A DNA stretch of 64,000 nt from Bryobacterales bacterium (lineage in GTDB: Bacteria; Acidobacteriota; Terriglobia; Bryobacterales; UBA6623). Positions 1 through 11,322 of the stretch are shown here, piece by piece (position 1 is the first letter of the stretch; each line of letters opens with the position of its first letter). Both the position numbers and the translations under genes were made by a program. The stretch is taken from assembly GCA_965214655.1 (NCBI GenBank), contig OZ243965.1, positions 2,916,048-2,980,047 of the forward strand. Reading direction: 5' to 3'. The notes beneath the pieces are model-generated. The model was given only the letters and a program-made list of their open reading frames with translations. It made no database searches and had not been told where the DNA came from.

Positions 1-1
1 G

Positions 2-400
2 GGAATCGCTGCAAGCCGCATCGAAACGCGGGTTCTCGGCGCGCCGGCGGACAAAGAGCGCTATAATGCAAGCAATCGGGGGACTCTCGACTGGGACCGC
101 GTGCCGAAACCGCTGCGTTTGAGAAACTGGCGTCCGGGCGACCGTTACAGGCCGGCGGGCCGGACTGCCGCGAAGAAGCTCCAACAGTTTTTCCAGGAGA
201 GCCGCATCCATTCCTGGAGACGGGCGGAATGGCCGGTGATCGCAGCAGCCGCGGAAGGCGGGGGGAATGAGGTCATCGTCTGGGCCCGCGCTTTCGGAGC
301 CGCCGCCGAATTCGCGGCCGGAGCGAAGAGCCGCAATCGGCTGTCCATTCGGGAGATCGGCCCCGCGGACGGAGAAAAAGGTATCGAACTGCCGCATTGA
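2..400 (+). CDS. tilS: tRNA(Ile)-lysidine synthetase, C-terminal fragment (5' end lies outside the window)
   Basis: Frame 2 is open from base 2, so the GTG at 101 is internal. The C-terminal motif LRLRNWRPGDRYRPAGR..KKLQQFFQESRIHSWRRAEWPVI matches the TilS substrate-binding C-domain pattern (R-x-W-x-PGDR..P.G...KLK.LF.E..IP). It sits directly upstream of ftsH, the conserved tilS-ftsH order. Confidence 0.6.
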   Translation, partial: GIAASRIETRVLGAPADKERYNASNRGTLDWDRVPKPLRLRNWRPGDRYRPAGRTAAKKLQQFFQESRIHSWRRAEWPVIAAAAEGGGNEVIVWARAFGAAAEFAAGAKSRNRLSIREIGPADGEKGIELPH

Positions 401-443
401 AGCGTCTATTCATTAGGGACGCGAGTCAGGGGAATCGAACATC

Positions 444-2360
<1,917 letters not shown>

Positions 2361-2384
2361 GGCGGCCTCTGCTAAATTACAGGC

Positions 2385-2612
2385 ATGACTTTGGAACTCA
2401 TCAGCATTCTGGTGGCTATGGCGGGCGGGTTGACTGCGGTCGCAGGGTTGATCCTGGCCGGCCAAAAAGAAACGCGGGCGCATCTGCGGCGAATCGAAGC
2501 ACAGCAAGGCGAGATGCGGGAAGATGTCTCACAACTCCGCGAGCGCATGGCCCGCCTCGAGGGACTGCTCGAGGGTTTGCGGGAGTCGGTTGCGGCAAGA
2601 GCGCGGACGTAA
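2385..2612 (+). CDS. small membrane-anchored coiled-coil protein (paralog 1 of 3), function unknown
   Basis: 75 aa. N-terminal hydrophobic helix ELISILVAMAGGLTAVAGLILAG followed by a heptad-like charged helix ending RMARLEGLLEGLRES. It shares MT.E..SIL...AGLIL.GQ...LRR...LR...RL..LE with the ORFs at 3656-3907 and 3972-4235. It starts 25 nt after the ftsH stop. Confidence 0.6.
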   Translation: MTLELISILVAMAGGLTAVAGLILAGQKETRAHLRRIEAQQGEMREDVSQLRERMARLEGLLEGLRESVAARART

Positions 2613-2643
2613 GAGGGCAGTCTTCTCCCGCGCCGGGGTCGCT

Positions 2644-3627
2644 TCAAGTTATCGGCGAAACGAAGCCGTCCGGCTTGACGGCCAGAATCGAACAGCGAAT
2701 CTTTGAAAAAACGCGCTCCGCGGTGCTGCCGATCAGCATCCCGGCAACGCCGCCGCGGGCGACGCTGCCCATCACGATCAGATCGCTGCGGTTGTTGCGC
2801 GTGAACTCGGCAATGACGCGCGCCGGGTCTCCTTGGAGCAGACGCATCTGCTCCTTCTTCACGCGGCCGCCGAACGATTCCACGAAACCGTCGAATTGCT
2901 CGCGGGCTTTTTCGCGCACTGCGGCCCGGTAGCTCGCGACCGTCCGTTCGGAAAGCCCCCCGCGTCCGCCCAGGACGTCGGCGCCGAACGCCTGCCAGAC
3001 GTGCAAAACGCTCAACTCGGCTCCTTCGATGTCGGCCAACAGCGCGGCGATTTCCACGATCTTGCGGTTCAGCGCGCGGCCGGTTTCTTCGTCGACGAAC
3101 GGGTCGACCGCGGCAACGATGCGCCGCAAGCCGCCGCGCCGCGAAGGCTTCTCGATCCAAACCGGCGCCGGACACATCCGCAACAGCTTCATCGCGGTGG
3201 ACCCGAACAAGGAAGTGAGTCCTCCGGCCTCGGCCGTCTTCATCACGAGGTCGAATGGCGACTGCCGCGCGGCGCGGATCACTTCCATGTACGGCTTGCC
3301 GTAGCGCACCGCCAAGGTTACCGCCAAGCCTTCGGCGATGAGCGGCGCGGCCGTTTCCTTCAGATGGTCTTGCGTCTCGGCTTGGAACGCTTCCGCCAGG
3401 TCCTCGTGAGCGCCGACCGACTGCCGCAGCAGCAGCGGCAATTCCTCCGCGACGGCCAGCAGCGTCAGACCGGCGCCGCAGCGCCGCGCCAGCGCCGCAG
3501 CGCGGTCGAGCGCCGCATGCTTGGCGTTGCGGGTCGTAACGTAGACGAGAATTTTTCGGAAGCCCATTGCGGCCATCGTTCTCATGGTACTCCCCGCCAC
3601 GATTGCGGGGAGCCGCGGTTCAGGCAA
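2644..3627 (-). CDS. universal stress protein, tandem UspA domains
   Basis: Two USP modules. The first runs KILVYV...LTLLAV...DLVMKTAE..GSTAMKLLRMCPAPVWI. The second runs RRIVAAVDP...LSVLHVW...DLIVMGSVARGGVAGMLIGSTAERVFSKIRCSILAVKP. The start is uncertain: in-frame Met codons at 3627, 3585, 3576 and 3567. Confidence 0.85.
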   Translation of the reverse strand: MPEPRLPAIVAGSTMRTMAAMGFRKILVYVTTRNAKHAALDRAAALARRCGAGLTLLAVAEELPLLLRQSVGAHEDLAEAFQAETQDHLKETAAPLIAEGLAVTLAVRYGKPYMEVIRAARQSPFDLVMKTAEAGGLTSLFGSTAMKLLRMCPAPVWIEKPSRRGGLRRIVAAVDPFVDEETGRALNRKIVEIAALLADIEGAELSVLHVWQAFGADVLGGRGGLSERTVASYRAAVREKAREQFDGFVESFGGRVKKEQMRLLQGDPARVIAEFTRNNRSDLIVMGSVARGGVAGMLIGSTAERVFSKIRCSILAVKPDGFVSPIT

Positions 3628-3655
3628 CGCCCTCGGATGCGCGGCAGCCGAGGGC

Positions 3656-3907
3656 TCAGTCGCCGCGCTCGGCGGACTCGACCAACGAAGGGCGGTTGAA
3701 GAGGGCTGTCGAAACCACCTCTTCCAGACGCGACAGGCGGGCGTCCAGACCGCTCACCTCGCGGCGCAGATCGCTGAACTCGGCTTGTAGTTGCTCCATA
3801 TCCCGCCGCAGTTCCCGCTGATTCGCCCGCATCTGACGTTGGCCGTTCAGGATCAGCCCCGCCAATGCAATGCCCACCCCCAGAATGCTGAATATCTCGG
3901 GGGTCAT
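3656..3907 (-). CDS. small membrane-anchored coiled-coil protein (paralog 2 of 3)
   Basis: 83 aa: MTPEIFSILGVGIALAGLILNG (TM) plus the charged coiled coil RELRRDMEQLQAEFSDLRREVSGLDARLSRLEEVV. Near-identical at the DNA level to the copy at 3972-4235. It lies 28 nt upstream of the longest USP ORF on the same strand. Confidence 0.65.
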   Translation of the reverse strand: MTPEIFSILGVGIALAGLILNGQRQMRANQRELRRDMEQLQAEFSDLRREVSGLDARLSRLEEVVSTALFNRPSLVESAERGD

Positions 3908-3971
3908 GCTCTCATTGTACGCGCCTCCCTGATTCGAGAGAGACGGCTGCGCAGCAACCGAACAGAGATGC

Positions 3972-4235
3972 TCAGCCGCCGCGCTCGGCGGACTCGACCA
4001 ACGAAGGGCGGTTGAAGAGGGCTGTCGAAACTACCCCTTCCAGACGCGACAGGCGGGCGTCCAGACCGCTCACCTCGCGGCGCAGATCGGCAAAATCGGC
4101 TGTCAACTTATCCGCGCGGGAGATCGTCTCCGCTCGCAATTGCTCCATATCCCGCCGCAGTTGCCGCTGACCGTTCAGGATTATCCCGGCCAATGCAATG
4201 CCGACCCCCAGGATGCTGAAGATCTCAGGCGTCAT
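3972..4235 (-). CDS. small membrane-anchored coiled-coil protein (paralog 3 of 3)
   Basis: I trimmed the track ORF 3972-4298 to the ATG at 4235 (MTPEIFSILGVGIALAGIILNG...), which aligns with the start of paralog 2. The C-terminal 40 aa are almost identical to paralog 2 (ADLRREVSGLDARLSRLEGVVSTALFNRPSLVESAERG). Confidence 0.65.
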   Translation of the reverse strand: MTPEIFSILGVGIALAGIILNGQRQLRRDMEQLRAETISRADKLTADFADLRREVSGLDARLSRLEGVVSTALFNRPSLVESAERGG

Positions 4236-4295
4236 GACCCCATTGTACAGGTTTCCCGGGTTCGCGGAGCCGGAGCGGAGCGGCCCGCGAACATG

Positions 4296-4326
4296 CAAAA
4301 AGCCCCGCCGGGTATCCGGCGGGGCT
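4296..4326 (-). terminator. intrinsic terminator downstream of the TonB-dependent receptor gene
   Basis: Perfect 10-bp stem gccccgccgg (4302-4311) / ccggcggggc (4316-4325) with a 4-nt loop. An A-run at 4297-4301 on the plus strand reads as a U-run after the hairpin on the minus-strand transcript. It lies about 35 nt after the receptor stop codon. Confidence 0.6.
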
Positions 4327-4358
4327 TTCGGGTTGTTCCGTTCGAGAACGGCGGGGTT

Positions 4359-7300
4359 TTAGAAGCGCCAGCGCAGACCCAACTGGATCTGGCGCGGAGC
4401 GACGCTCTGGCGTGTGATCGTGTTGGTGTTGCCGCGCTGCAAGCGCTCTTCGGGTAGAGCGAAGTTGACTGTGTTGGGCATGTTGAAGAATTCCGTGCGG
4501 AATTCAACCGCGTGCCGCTCGTTGACCCGAAACTCCTTCTGGACGGCGATGTCGATGGAAACGATGCCGTCGGCGTCGGTGATGTAGGCGCCGGCGCTGC
4601 CGAAGGTGTACTGCTGCGGTATCTCGAACGCGCTTTCGTTGAACCAGGCGTCCGGCGTTTTCGACCCCGCGTTGGGATCGCCGGCCAAGTTCGGACGCTG
4701 GCGCGAGCGGCCGGTGTTGGCGACATCCCTGTTGAGGCGAACGTTGACCGGAGGGCCGGTCTCGAAGCGGGTAATGCCCTCAAGCGACCAGCCTCCGAGA
4801 ATGGCGTCGGCGGCTCCACTGATATCGGAACCGAACTGCCGCCCGCGGCCGAAAGGCAACTCATAGACGTAGGCGAAGTTGAAGACCTGGCGGGTGTCCC
4901 AGCTCGAGCGCGAGTAGTCGAGATGGCGGTTGAAGGGATCCTGCACCTTGACCTCGGCCAGCGAAGACTGACCGTCGAGGGCCTTCTGCCACGTGTAGTT
5001 CATGTTGAACTGCAAGCCCCTGCTGAAACGCTTGAGCAACTTGACCTGCAAGGCGTTGTAGGAGCCGTTGTACTGGTTCGAGCCGCCGTCGAGGTCGCCG
5101 AAGCTGGGCAGCAGGCGGCGCGGCTGCACGTCGCCCGGGCCCGGCCGCAGCGCGTTGTTGAACGGCGAGTAGCCGATCTGCTTGCGGCTGCCGGAACCGA
5201 CGTAACCGACGTCGAGGGTCATGTCGTCCATGACTTGGCGCTGGATGGTGAAGTTCCACTGCATCGAGTAGGGCGAGCGGTTGGTCGGCTGCTGCGGCCA
5301 GCCGCCGATCGCCGCGGTCGAGGAAAACGGCGGGCCTTCGTCGGTGATCGGGAAGTCGGGCACGGCGCCGCGATTCGGGCTGAACACCTGTTGCACGGTG
5401 AAGGGCCAGAACTTGCGCAGATCCTGCAACTCCTGCACGAAGGTCGAGTTGTAGAAGATGCCGAAACCGCTGCGCAAGACCGTCTTGTCGTTGAGGCGGT
5501 AAGCGATGCCCAAGCGCGGCGCGAAGTCGTTCCTGTCGGAGCCGACCAGGGCGCGGCCCCAACCGCCTATGTTGGGCGGCAGGCCGGTCTGGAACGTATC
5601 CAGGGGCGCCGGCACGCGGCCGTCCGGAGGCGCGGGCTGCGGATTCTCGGCCGCCCACATCAGCGTCCCGAAGTATTCGCCGTTGGTGGGGTCGCGGCGC
5701 ACCCACAGGTTGCCCAGACGGTCGGTGGTGTCGTAGGGGCGGCTGCCGAACTGATACATCAGACCGAGGTTGACGGTCAGCTTCTGGCTGACGCGCCAGT
5801 CGTCCTGCACATGGGCGATCGTGAAGTGCCCGATGCCGTTGGTCAGCGTGTTGCCCTGGCCGCGGCGGATTTCAGTCGGATAGCCCAGCAATGCGTCGGC
5901 CATCGGAAAACCGGTAATCTGCCCGTTGAAATTGGCGTTGCCGTTCATCGGGTTCGTCGTATTGGTGTAGAAGCGGCGGCGGTGATACTGGCCGCCGACC
6001 TTGAAGTTGTGCCTGCCCTTGACGAACGAGAGATTCTGAGAAAACTGGTAAACCTCGTCGCCGGTAACCGTGCCCCCGCCCTGGCCGGCGCGGTAGGCGC
6101 CGAAGGCGATGCTGACCAGCGGATCCTGGAAGACGTCGCGCTGGTACATGCGCAATCCGGTCTGGTCGAGGAAGTCGCCGCGGGTCAGGCCGGACGAGAT
6201 TTCGGTGATGCTGGGGTTGTCGGGCTGGTTGGCGCCGAAGGTGGTCGTCAAGACGGTCGTCGCGCCGAACACGTGGTTCCAGGTTCCGCCGTAGTTGAAA
6301 ACGTCGAACCCGCTGTTCCGGCTGAAAAGCGGATTGGCGTCGGGCCGGGCGAGATCCGCGTTCTGGTTGCTGAAGCGGAAGAAAAACGTGTCGTTGGCGT
6401 CCATGTTGTAATCCCAGCGCCAGTGGAGCTGGTCGCGGTCGTTCGTTCGCTTGCGGTTGTTCACGTAGTTGTTGGTATCGCGGGGCAGGTTCGGGCCGTC
6501 GGGGTTGGTCAAGCGGACCGCGGTGGGGACCGTCGGAATCTGCTGCGCCATGGGGATCGTGTTGTTGGGAAACGGGTCGCCCGTAAAGGGATCGCTGATA
6601 GTATCCGTGACGCGCGAGAAGTCACCCTGGCGGAAGTCGGCCGGCGGCGTCGAGAACAGGGTGGTGTTGCCGCGGCGGAGGCGGAACGATTCCCACGAAA
6701 CGAACCAGAACATCTTGTCGCTGAGGCCGGGGATCGGGCCGCCGACCGCGGCGCCGAACTGGTTGAGGTTGAACGGAACCTTCGGCTGCTCGTTGCGGTT
6801 GGCGAAGAACTCGTTGGCGTCGAGGTTGTCGTTGCGCAGGAACTCATAGACGGTGCCGTGAATCTCGTTGGTGCCGGACTTGAGCACCATGCTGACGTTC
6901 GCGCCGGCCGAGCGGGCGAACTCCGAGCCGGTGTTGGTGGCGACCTTGAACTCCTGGATGGCGTCCATCGGCGGCGAGATGCCCGGCGAGTTCATCATCT
7001 GCATGTTGGAGTCGACGCCGTCGAGGGTGTAGTTGTTGTCCTGCGGCCTCCCGCCGTTGACGGAATACAGTTGCGTGCCCGATTCGAGGGTGCCGCGCGA
7101 CTGGCTGCGGCGGCGCGAGCTGGTGCCGGGCATGAGCAGGATCAACTTGGTGAAGTTGCGCTGGTTGACGGGCAGGCGCTGCAATTCTCTCTCGTTGACG
7201 ACGCCGCCGACGGACGCTTCCTGCGTCTGCATGATCGGCGCGGCGCCGGTGACCTCGATGGTCTCGGTCACTTCGCCGAGCTCCATGACGAAGTCGACTT

Positions 7301-7619
7301 CGAGCACGTCGGCGACCTGCAGGACGACGTCGTCACGGACCTGGGTTTTGAATCCGGCCGATTCGGCCCTGACAGTGTAGGCTGCCGGGTTCAGCGGGAA
7401 CACGCGGAACTGGCCGGCTTCGTTGGACTCGACGACGCGCTCGATCCCCGTGCCCTGGTGGGTCACGGTAATCGACGCGCCGGGAATCGCCGCGCCCGAC
7501 GGGTCGGTGACGTCGCCGACGATCGTGGCCTGGGTCTGCGCCAACGCGCCCGACGGCGCAAACAGCAGCAGGCCCAAAACAGTCAGGGCAAATCCGCCCA
7601 TCCTGGAAACGTTCTTCAT
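4359..7619 (-). CDS. TonB-dependent receptor with N-terminal carboxypeptidase-regulatory-like domain
   Basis: 1086 aa. Signal peptide ending ALAQ, then TIVGDVTDPSGAAIPGASITVTHQGTGIERVVESNEAGQFRVFPLNPAAYTVRAESAGFKT, the CarboxypepD_reg pattern typical of acidobacterial TBDRs. A plug region follows, then a long beta-barrel ending with the aromatic terminus ...LGLRWRF. Confidence 0.9.
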   Translation of the reverse strand: MKNVSRMGGFALTVLGLLLFAPSGALAQTQATIVGDVTDPSGAAIPGASITVTHQGTGIERVVESNEAGQFRVFPLNPAAYTVRAESAGFKTQVRDDVVLQVADVLEVDFVMELGEVTETIEVTGAAPIMQTQEASVGGVVNERELQRLPVNQRNFTKLILLMPGTSSRRRSQSRGTLESGTQLYSVNGGRPQDNNYTLDGVDSNMQMMNSPGISPPMDAIQEFKVATNTGSEFARSAGANVSMVLKSGTNEIHGTVYEFLRNDNLDANEFFANRNEQPKVPFNLNQFGAAVGGPIPGLSDKMFWFVSWESFRLRRGNTTLFSTPPADFRQGDFSRVTDTISDPFTGDPFPNNTIPMAQQIPTVPTAVRLTNPDGPNLPRDTNNYVNNRKRTNDRDQLHWRWDYNMDANDTFFFRFSNQNADLARPDANPLFSRNSGFDVFNYGGTWNHVFGATTVLTTTFGANQPDNPSITEISSGLTRGDFLDQTGLRMYQRDVFQDPLVSIAFGAYRAGQGGGTVTGDEVYQFSQNLSFVKGRHNFKVGGQYHRRRFYTNTTNPMNGNANFNGQITGFPMADALLGYPTEIRRGQGNTLTNGIGHFTIAHVQDDWRVSQKLTVNLGLMYQFGSRPYDTTDRLGNLWVRRDPTNGEYFGTLMWAAENPQPAPPDGRVPAPLDTFQTGLPPNIGGWGRALVGSDRNDFAPRLGIAYRLNDKTVLRSGFGIFYNSTFVQELQDLRKFWPFTVQQVFSPNRGAVPDFPITDEGPPFSSTAAIGGWPQQPTNRSPYSMQWNFTIQRQVMDDMTLDVGYVGSGSRKQIGYSPFNNALRPGPGDVQPRRLLPSFGDLDGGSNQYNGSYNALQVKLLKRFSRGLQFNMNYTWQKALDGQSSLAEVKVQDPFNRHLDYSRSSWDTRQVFNFAYVYELPFGRGRQFGSDISGAADAILGGWSLEGITRFETGPPVNVRLNRDVANTGRSRQRPNLAGDPNAGSKTPDAWFNESAFEIPQQYTFGSAGAYITDADGIVSIDIAVQKEFRVNERHAVEFRTEFFNMPNTVNFALPEERLQRGNTNTITRQSVAPRQIQLGLRWRF

Positions 7620-7765
7620 GGTTTCGATCCTCCTGAAACTTCTGTCCGTTCAATGCGAGACACAGACTGCGCCACGATACCGAGCGAGACGGGAGCGGGC
7701 GCACAACCCCAGCGAAACAGACGCTTCCTAATATACCGCATTTGGATGTAAAGTGTCAATAAGCC

Positions 7766-9508
7766 TTGCCGTTTTTGTTTTTTTTGCTCTTTGCCGCCGC
7801 TGCTTCGCCCGCGGGCGCGCAGGGCGTGGCCAGCTCGGGCTCGAAGCCGGCGCCCGCCGTCAAAGCCTCGGGGCTGCCCTGGGACGCGCAATTCACCGAC
7901 ATCGCCGCCGCGGCGGGCCTCGACCTGCGCTTCACCTACGGCGGCGAGACCGCGAAAAACTACATCATCGAGTCGAACGGCTCGGGCGCCGCGTTTCTCG
8001 ACTATGACGGGGACGGCCGCCTCGATATCTTTCTGGTGAACGGCTCGACGCTCGAAGGCTTCGCGGACGGCCCCGCGCCGACCAATCGGCTCTACCGCAA
8101 CCGCGGCGGCGCGCAGTTCGAAGACGCGACGGCGGCCGCGGGCCTGGCGCGTTCCGGATGGGGCAGCGCGGTCTGCGCCGGCGATTACGACAACGACGGC
8201 GCGCTCGACCTGTTCGTCGCCTACTGGGGGCCGGACGCGCTCTACCGCAACGACGGCGAGGGGCGCTTCGAGGAAGTCGCCGCCTCTGCCGGCGTCGCCG
8301 GAGGCGCCAAGCAGTGGAGCTCCGGCTGCGCGTTCGTCGATTACGACCGCGACGGCCTGCTCGACCTGCTGGTGACGCAGTACCAGCAGTTCGACCCGGC
8401 GACGGCGCCCCCTCCGGGGAAAGCCTCGAACTGCGAATGGAAGGGGATGCCGGTTTACTGCGGCCCGCGCGGGCTGCCTTTCGGCAACGTAACCCTGTAC
8501 CGCAACGAAGGCGACGGGACGTTCCGAGACGTCAGCGCGGCCTCCGGCGTGCGCGGCGTCGAAAACTATTACGCCTTTACGGCGGCCGCGGCGGATTTCG
8601 ACGGCGACGGCCGGCAGGACATCTACATCGCCTGCGATTCGACCCCCAGCATCTTTTTTCTTAACAACGGCGACGGCACGTTCACCGATTTCGCCACCGA
8701 AACCGGGCTGGCCTTCAACGAGCACGGCTTCGAGCAGGGCGGCATGGGCGTCGGCGTCGGCGACTTCGACCGCGACGGCCGGCTGGACCTGATCAAGACG
8801 AACTTCGCGGGCGATTATCCCAACGTCTATCACCAGCAGGAGGGCGGCTTTTTCGAAGACATCGTGGTGCGCGCGGGCCTGGCGGTCAATCCGCAATACG
8901 TCGGCTGGGGCGTCGAATACGTCGATCTGGACAACGACGGCCTGCAGGACGTTTTCCAGGTCAACGGGCACGTTTACCCCGAGCTCGACCGGCAGTCGAA
9001 GATCAACGAAACGTACAAGCAATCGAATCTGGTTTACCGCAACCTGGGGGACGGGCGCTTCGAGGACGTAACCGCCCTCAGCGGCACGGGGCTGAAGATC
9101 GAAAAATCGAGCCGCGGGGCGGCCTTCGGGGATTTCGACGACGACGGGGACATGGACGTAGTGGTGATGAACATGGGCGATACGGCGTCGCTGCTGCGCA
9201 ACGATCTCGACAACGGGAACCATTGGACAAGAATCGCGCTGCAGGGCACGAAATCGAACCGGGCGGCGATTGGCGCAACCGTGACGATCGAGGCCGGGGG
9301 CGCGCGCCAGACCGAGGCCGTGCTGAGCCAGTCGAGCTACGTTTCGCACAACGATCTGCGCGTGCACTTCGGCCTGGGCGCGGCCGAGCGAGTCGACGGC
9401 ATCGCGGTGCGCTGGCCGTCCGGGGACGTCGAGGAGTTTCCCGGAGCGGCGGGAGGCCGCACGCTGCTGCTCGTGGAAGGCTCCGGAGAGGTTGCGGCCT
9501 TGCCATGA
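7766..9508 (+). CDS. FG-GAP/VCBS repeat protein with C-terminal ASPIC/UnbV domain (CRTAC1-like)
   Basis: TTG start; the in-frame stop at 7760-7762 excludes a longer ORF. Short signal peptide. Repeated D.DGDG..D motifs (DYDGDGRLDIF, DYDNDGALDLF, DYDRDGLLDLL, DFDGDGRQDIY, DFDRDGRLDLI, DLDNDGLQDVF, DFDDDGDMDVV). C-terminal UnbV_ASPIC-like NHWTRIALQGTKSNRAAIGATVTIEAGG..QSSYVSHNDLRVHFGLG. Confidence 0.88.
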   Translation: MPFLFFLLFAAAASPAGAQGVASSGSKPAPAVKASGLPWDAQFTDIAAAAGLDLRFTYGGETAKNYIIESNGSGAAFLDYDGDGRLDIFLVNGSTLEGFADGPAPTNRLYRNRGGAQFEDATAAAGLARSGWGSAVCAGDYDNDGALDLFVAYWGPDALYRNDGEGRFEEVAASAGVAGGAKQWSSGCAFVDYDRDGLLDLLVTQYQQFDPATAPPPGKASNCEWKGMPVYCGPRGLPFGNVTLYRNEGDGTFRDVSAASGVRGVENYYAFTAAAADFDGDGRQDIYIACDSTPSIFFLNNGDGTFTDFATETGLAFNEHGFEQGGMGVGVGDFDRDGRLDLIKTNFAGDYPNVYHQQEGGFFEDIVVRAGLAVNPQYVGWGVEYVDLDNDGLQDVFQVNGHVYPELDRQSKINETYKQSNLVYRNLGDGRFEDVTALSGTGLKIEKSSRGAAFGDFDDDGDMDVVVMNMGDTASLLRNDLDNGNHWTRIALQGTKSNRAAIGATVTIEAGGARQTEAVLSQSSYVSHNDLRVHFGLGAAERVDGIAVRWPSGDVEEFPGAAGGRTLLLVEGSGEVAALP

Positions 9509-10575
9509 CGGCGCGCGCGGGCAGATGCGCGGCCGGCGGCGCTCTTCTGGCGCTGCTCCTTCCGGCGCTGCCGGCCCAGAACGTCGACGCTCTGCTCGCC
9601 GAGGAGAGATCCCCGGCCGCGCTCGCCGACGCCGGGCGGGAGCTCGCCGGCCGGGGCCGGGTGGAAGACGCCGCGAAGCTCTGGCTCAAGGCGGCGGAAC
9701 TGGCGCCGGATTACTTCCCGGCGCTTTTCAACCTGGGTTTCATGCACTACTCGGGCGGGCGCCCGCAAGAGGCGGCGGGCTGGCTGGCCAAGGCCGCCGC
9801 GGCCGGCCCGCGCGACTTCAACGCGCACTATCTGCTGGGGCTGGCGCAGCGGGAAAACGGCAGGCGCGAGGCGGCGCTGCGCGCTTGGCGCGAGGCGCTG
9901 GCGATCCGTCCCGACCACTTCAAGCTGATGCAGGCGATGGCGGTCGAATACGGGAAAGGCCGCTACCACAAAGAAGCCGCCGAGCTTTCGCGCCGGGCGC
10001 TCGACCTGCAGCCCGAGAACGAAAACCTCTACTACCTCGCGCTGAGCGCCTACCAACAGGCGGGCGATTACGACAGCGGCTTGAAGCTCGCCGCGCGCGC
10101 CGCCGCGAAGTATCCGCGCTCGGCGCGCGCCAATTTCGAGTACGCCTGGCACCTGCAAAGGGACGGGCGCTTCGACGAAGGGCTGCCGTTGCTGCGCAGG
10201 GCGATGGCGCTCGACCCCGGCTACGAAGAGCCGCTGTTTTTCTACGGAGATTGGCTGGTCAAGCAGGCGCGGCACGAAGAAGCGCTGGAATTCCTCGAAA
10301 AAGCCGTCGCCGCGCGCGGCGATTACATCGCGGCGCGGATGAGCCTGGCGCGGGCGCTGATGGGGCTCAGGCGCTGGGAGCGCGCCATCGAGGCCCTCAA
10401 CGAAGCGGCGCGCATCGAGCCGCGCCACCCGCAGCCGCGCCTGCTGCTTTCGCAGGCGTACTTCCGCCTCGGCGAGCGCAAGAGAGCAAGCGCCGAGAAA
10501 GAGCTCTCGCTGCGGCTGCGCCGGCAAAATCCAACCTTTCTCGAAGCGGCGCAAACGCGCCCCTTCCCCGACTGA
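9505..10575 (+). CDS. TPR repeat protein (secreted)
   Basis: I trimmed the track ORF 9223-10575 to the ATG at 9505, which overlaps the upstream stop as ATGA. Signal-like [25 protein letters not shown], then multiple TPR-like units (A..W..A....P......N LG......G....A). The 5' extension of the track ORF is Arg/Gly-rich shadow sequence inside the previous gene. Confidence 0.8.
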   Translation: MTARAGRCAAGGALLALLLPALPAQNVDALLAEERSPAALADAGRELAGRGRVEDAAKLWLKAAELAPDYFPALFNLGFMHYSGGRPQEAAGWLAKAAAAGPRDFNAHYLLGLAQRENGRREAALRAWREALAIRPDHFKLMQAMAVEYGKGRYHKEAAELSRRALDLQPENENLYYLALSAYQQAGDYDSGLKLAARAAAKYPRSARANFEYAWHLQRDGRFDEGLPLLRRAMALDPGYEEPLFFYGDWLVKQARHEEALEFLEKAVAARGDYIAARMSLARALMGLRRWERAIEALNEAARIEPRHPQPRLLLSQAYFRLGERKRASAEKELSLRLRRQNPTFLEAAQTRPFPD

Positions 10576-10618
10576 CCGCATTTCCCTTACGCTGGAAAGG
10601 CGCGCCCCGGCACGACTC

Positions 10619-11320
10619 ATGCAGCTCTCGGTGGTGATTCCGGTTTACAACGAGGCGGCGACGATTCGCGAAATCGTCAGCCGCGTGCAGGCCGTGGACA
10701 TGTCGAAAGAACTGATCCTGGTCGACGATTTTTCGACGGACGGCTCCCGAGAAGCGCTGGCGGAGATCGCCGCGCAAGCGGACAATGTCAAAGTCTTCTT
10801 TCACGAACGCAATTGCGGCAAGGGCCGGGCGCTGCGCACCGGTTTCGATCATGCCGCGGGCGACTTCGTCATCGTGCAGGACGCCGATCTCGAATACGAT
10901 CCGCAAGACTACCCCAAGCTGCTGCATCCCCTGCTCTCGGGAAAAGCGGACGTTGTCTTCGGTTCCCGCTTCCTGACGACGGAACAGCACCGCGTCCTGT
11001 ACTTCTGGCATTCGGTGGGCAACCGTTTTCTGACGCTGCTCTCGAACATGACGACGAATCTGAACCTGACGGACATGGAGACGTGCTATAAAGTCTTCCG
11101 GCGCGAGTTGATCCAGTCCATCGAGCTTGAAGAAGACCGCTTCGGTTTCGAGCCGGAAATTACTTCCAGGATCGCCAAGGCCGGCGCTCGCGTTTACGAG
11201 GTAGGCGTTTCCTACCACGGACGCACTTACGACGAGGGAAAGAAGATCGGCGTGAAGGACGGTTTCCGGTCGTTGTGGTGCATTCTGAAGTACCGTCTGA
11301 AGCCGCTCAGGAGGAAGTAG
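10619..11320 (+). CDS. family 2 glycosyltransferase (polyprenol-phosphate sugar synthase-like)
   Basis: 233 aa. [14 protein letters not shown]...[12 protein letters not shown]...[11 protein letters not shown] is the GT2 signature (DxD/ DAD). Confidence 0.88.
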   Translation: MQLSVVIPVYNEAATIREIVSRVQAVDMSKELILVDDFSTDGSREALAEIAAQADNVKVFFHERNCGKGRALRTGFDHAAGDFVIVQDADLEYDPQDYPKLLHPLLSGKADVVFGSRFLTTEQHRVLYFWHSVGNRFLTLLSNMTTNLNLTDMETCYKVFRRELIQSIELEEDRFGFEPEITSRIAKAGARVYEVGVSYHGRTYDEGKKIGVKDGFRSLWCILKYRLKPLRRK

Positions 11321-11322
11321 AT

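Larger units (their letters stand above)
3656..4262. repeat. tandem direct duplication (two units of about 280-316 bp) carrying the small coiled-coil genes
   Basis: 3656-3935 and 3972-4262 align almost base for base. For example, tcag(t/c)cgccgcgctcggcggactcgaccaacgaagggcggttgaagagggctgtcgaaac... and ...ttgctccatatcccgccgcagtt... occur in both. One internal insertion and one deletion distinguish the copies. Confidence 0.9.

Noticed and set aside
101-400. The track ORF presented as a stand-alone 99-aa gene.
   Set aside because: The frame is open back to base 2 and the sequence is the C-terminal domain of TilS, so the GTG at 101 is internal. It is reported as a partial gene instead.
9223-9504. 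5' extensions of track ORFs. Examples are 9223 for the TPR gene and 21514, 23568, 32508, 34120, 38623, 16966, 18378, 27421(-), 58708(-), 54599(-) and 63369(-) for others.
   Set aside because: The extensions overlap the preceding gene and are Arg-rich and unlike the family N-termini. Internal start codons give proper signal peptides or TM anchors, RBS spacing, or ATGA/GTGA coupling.
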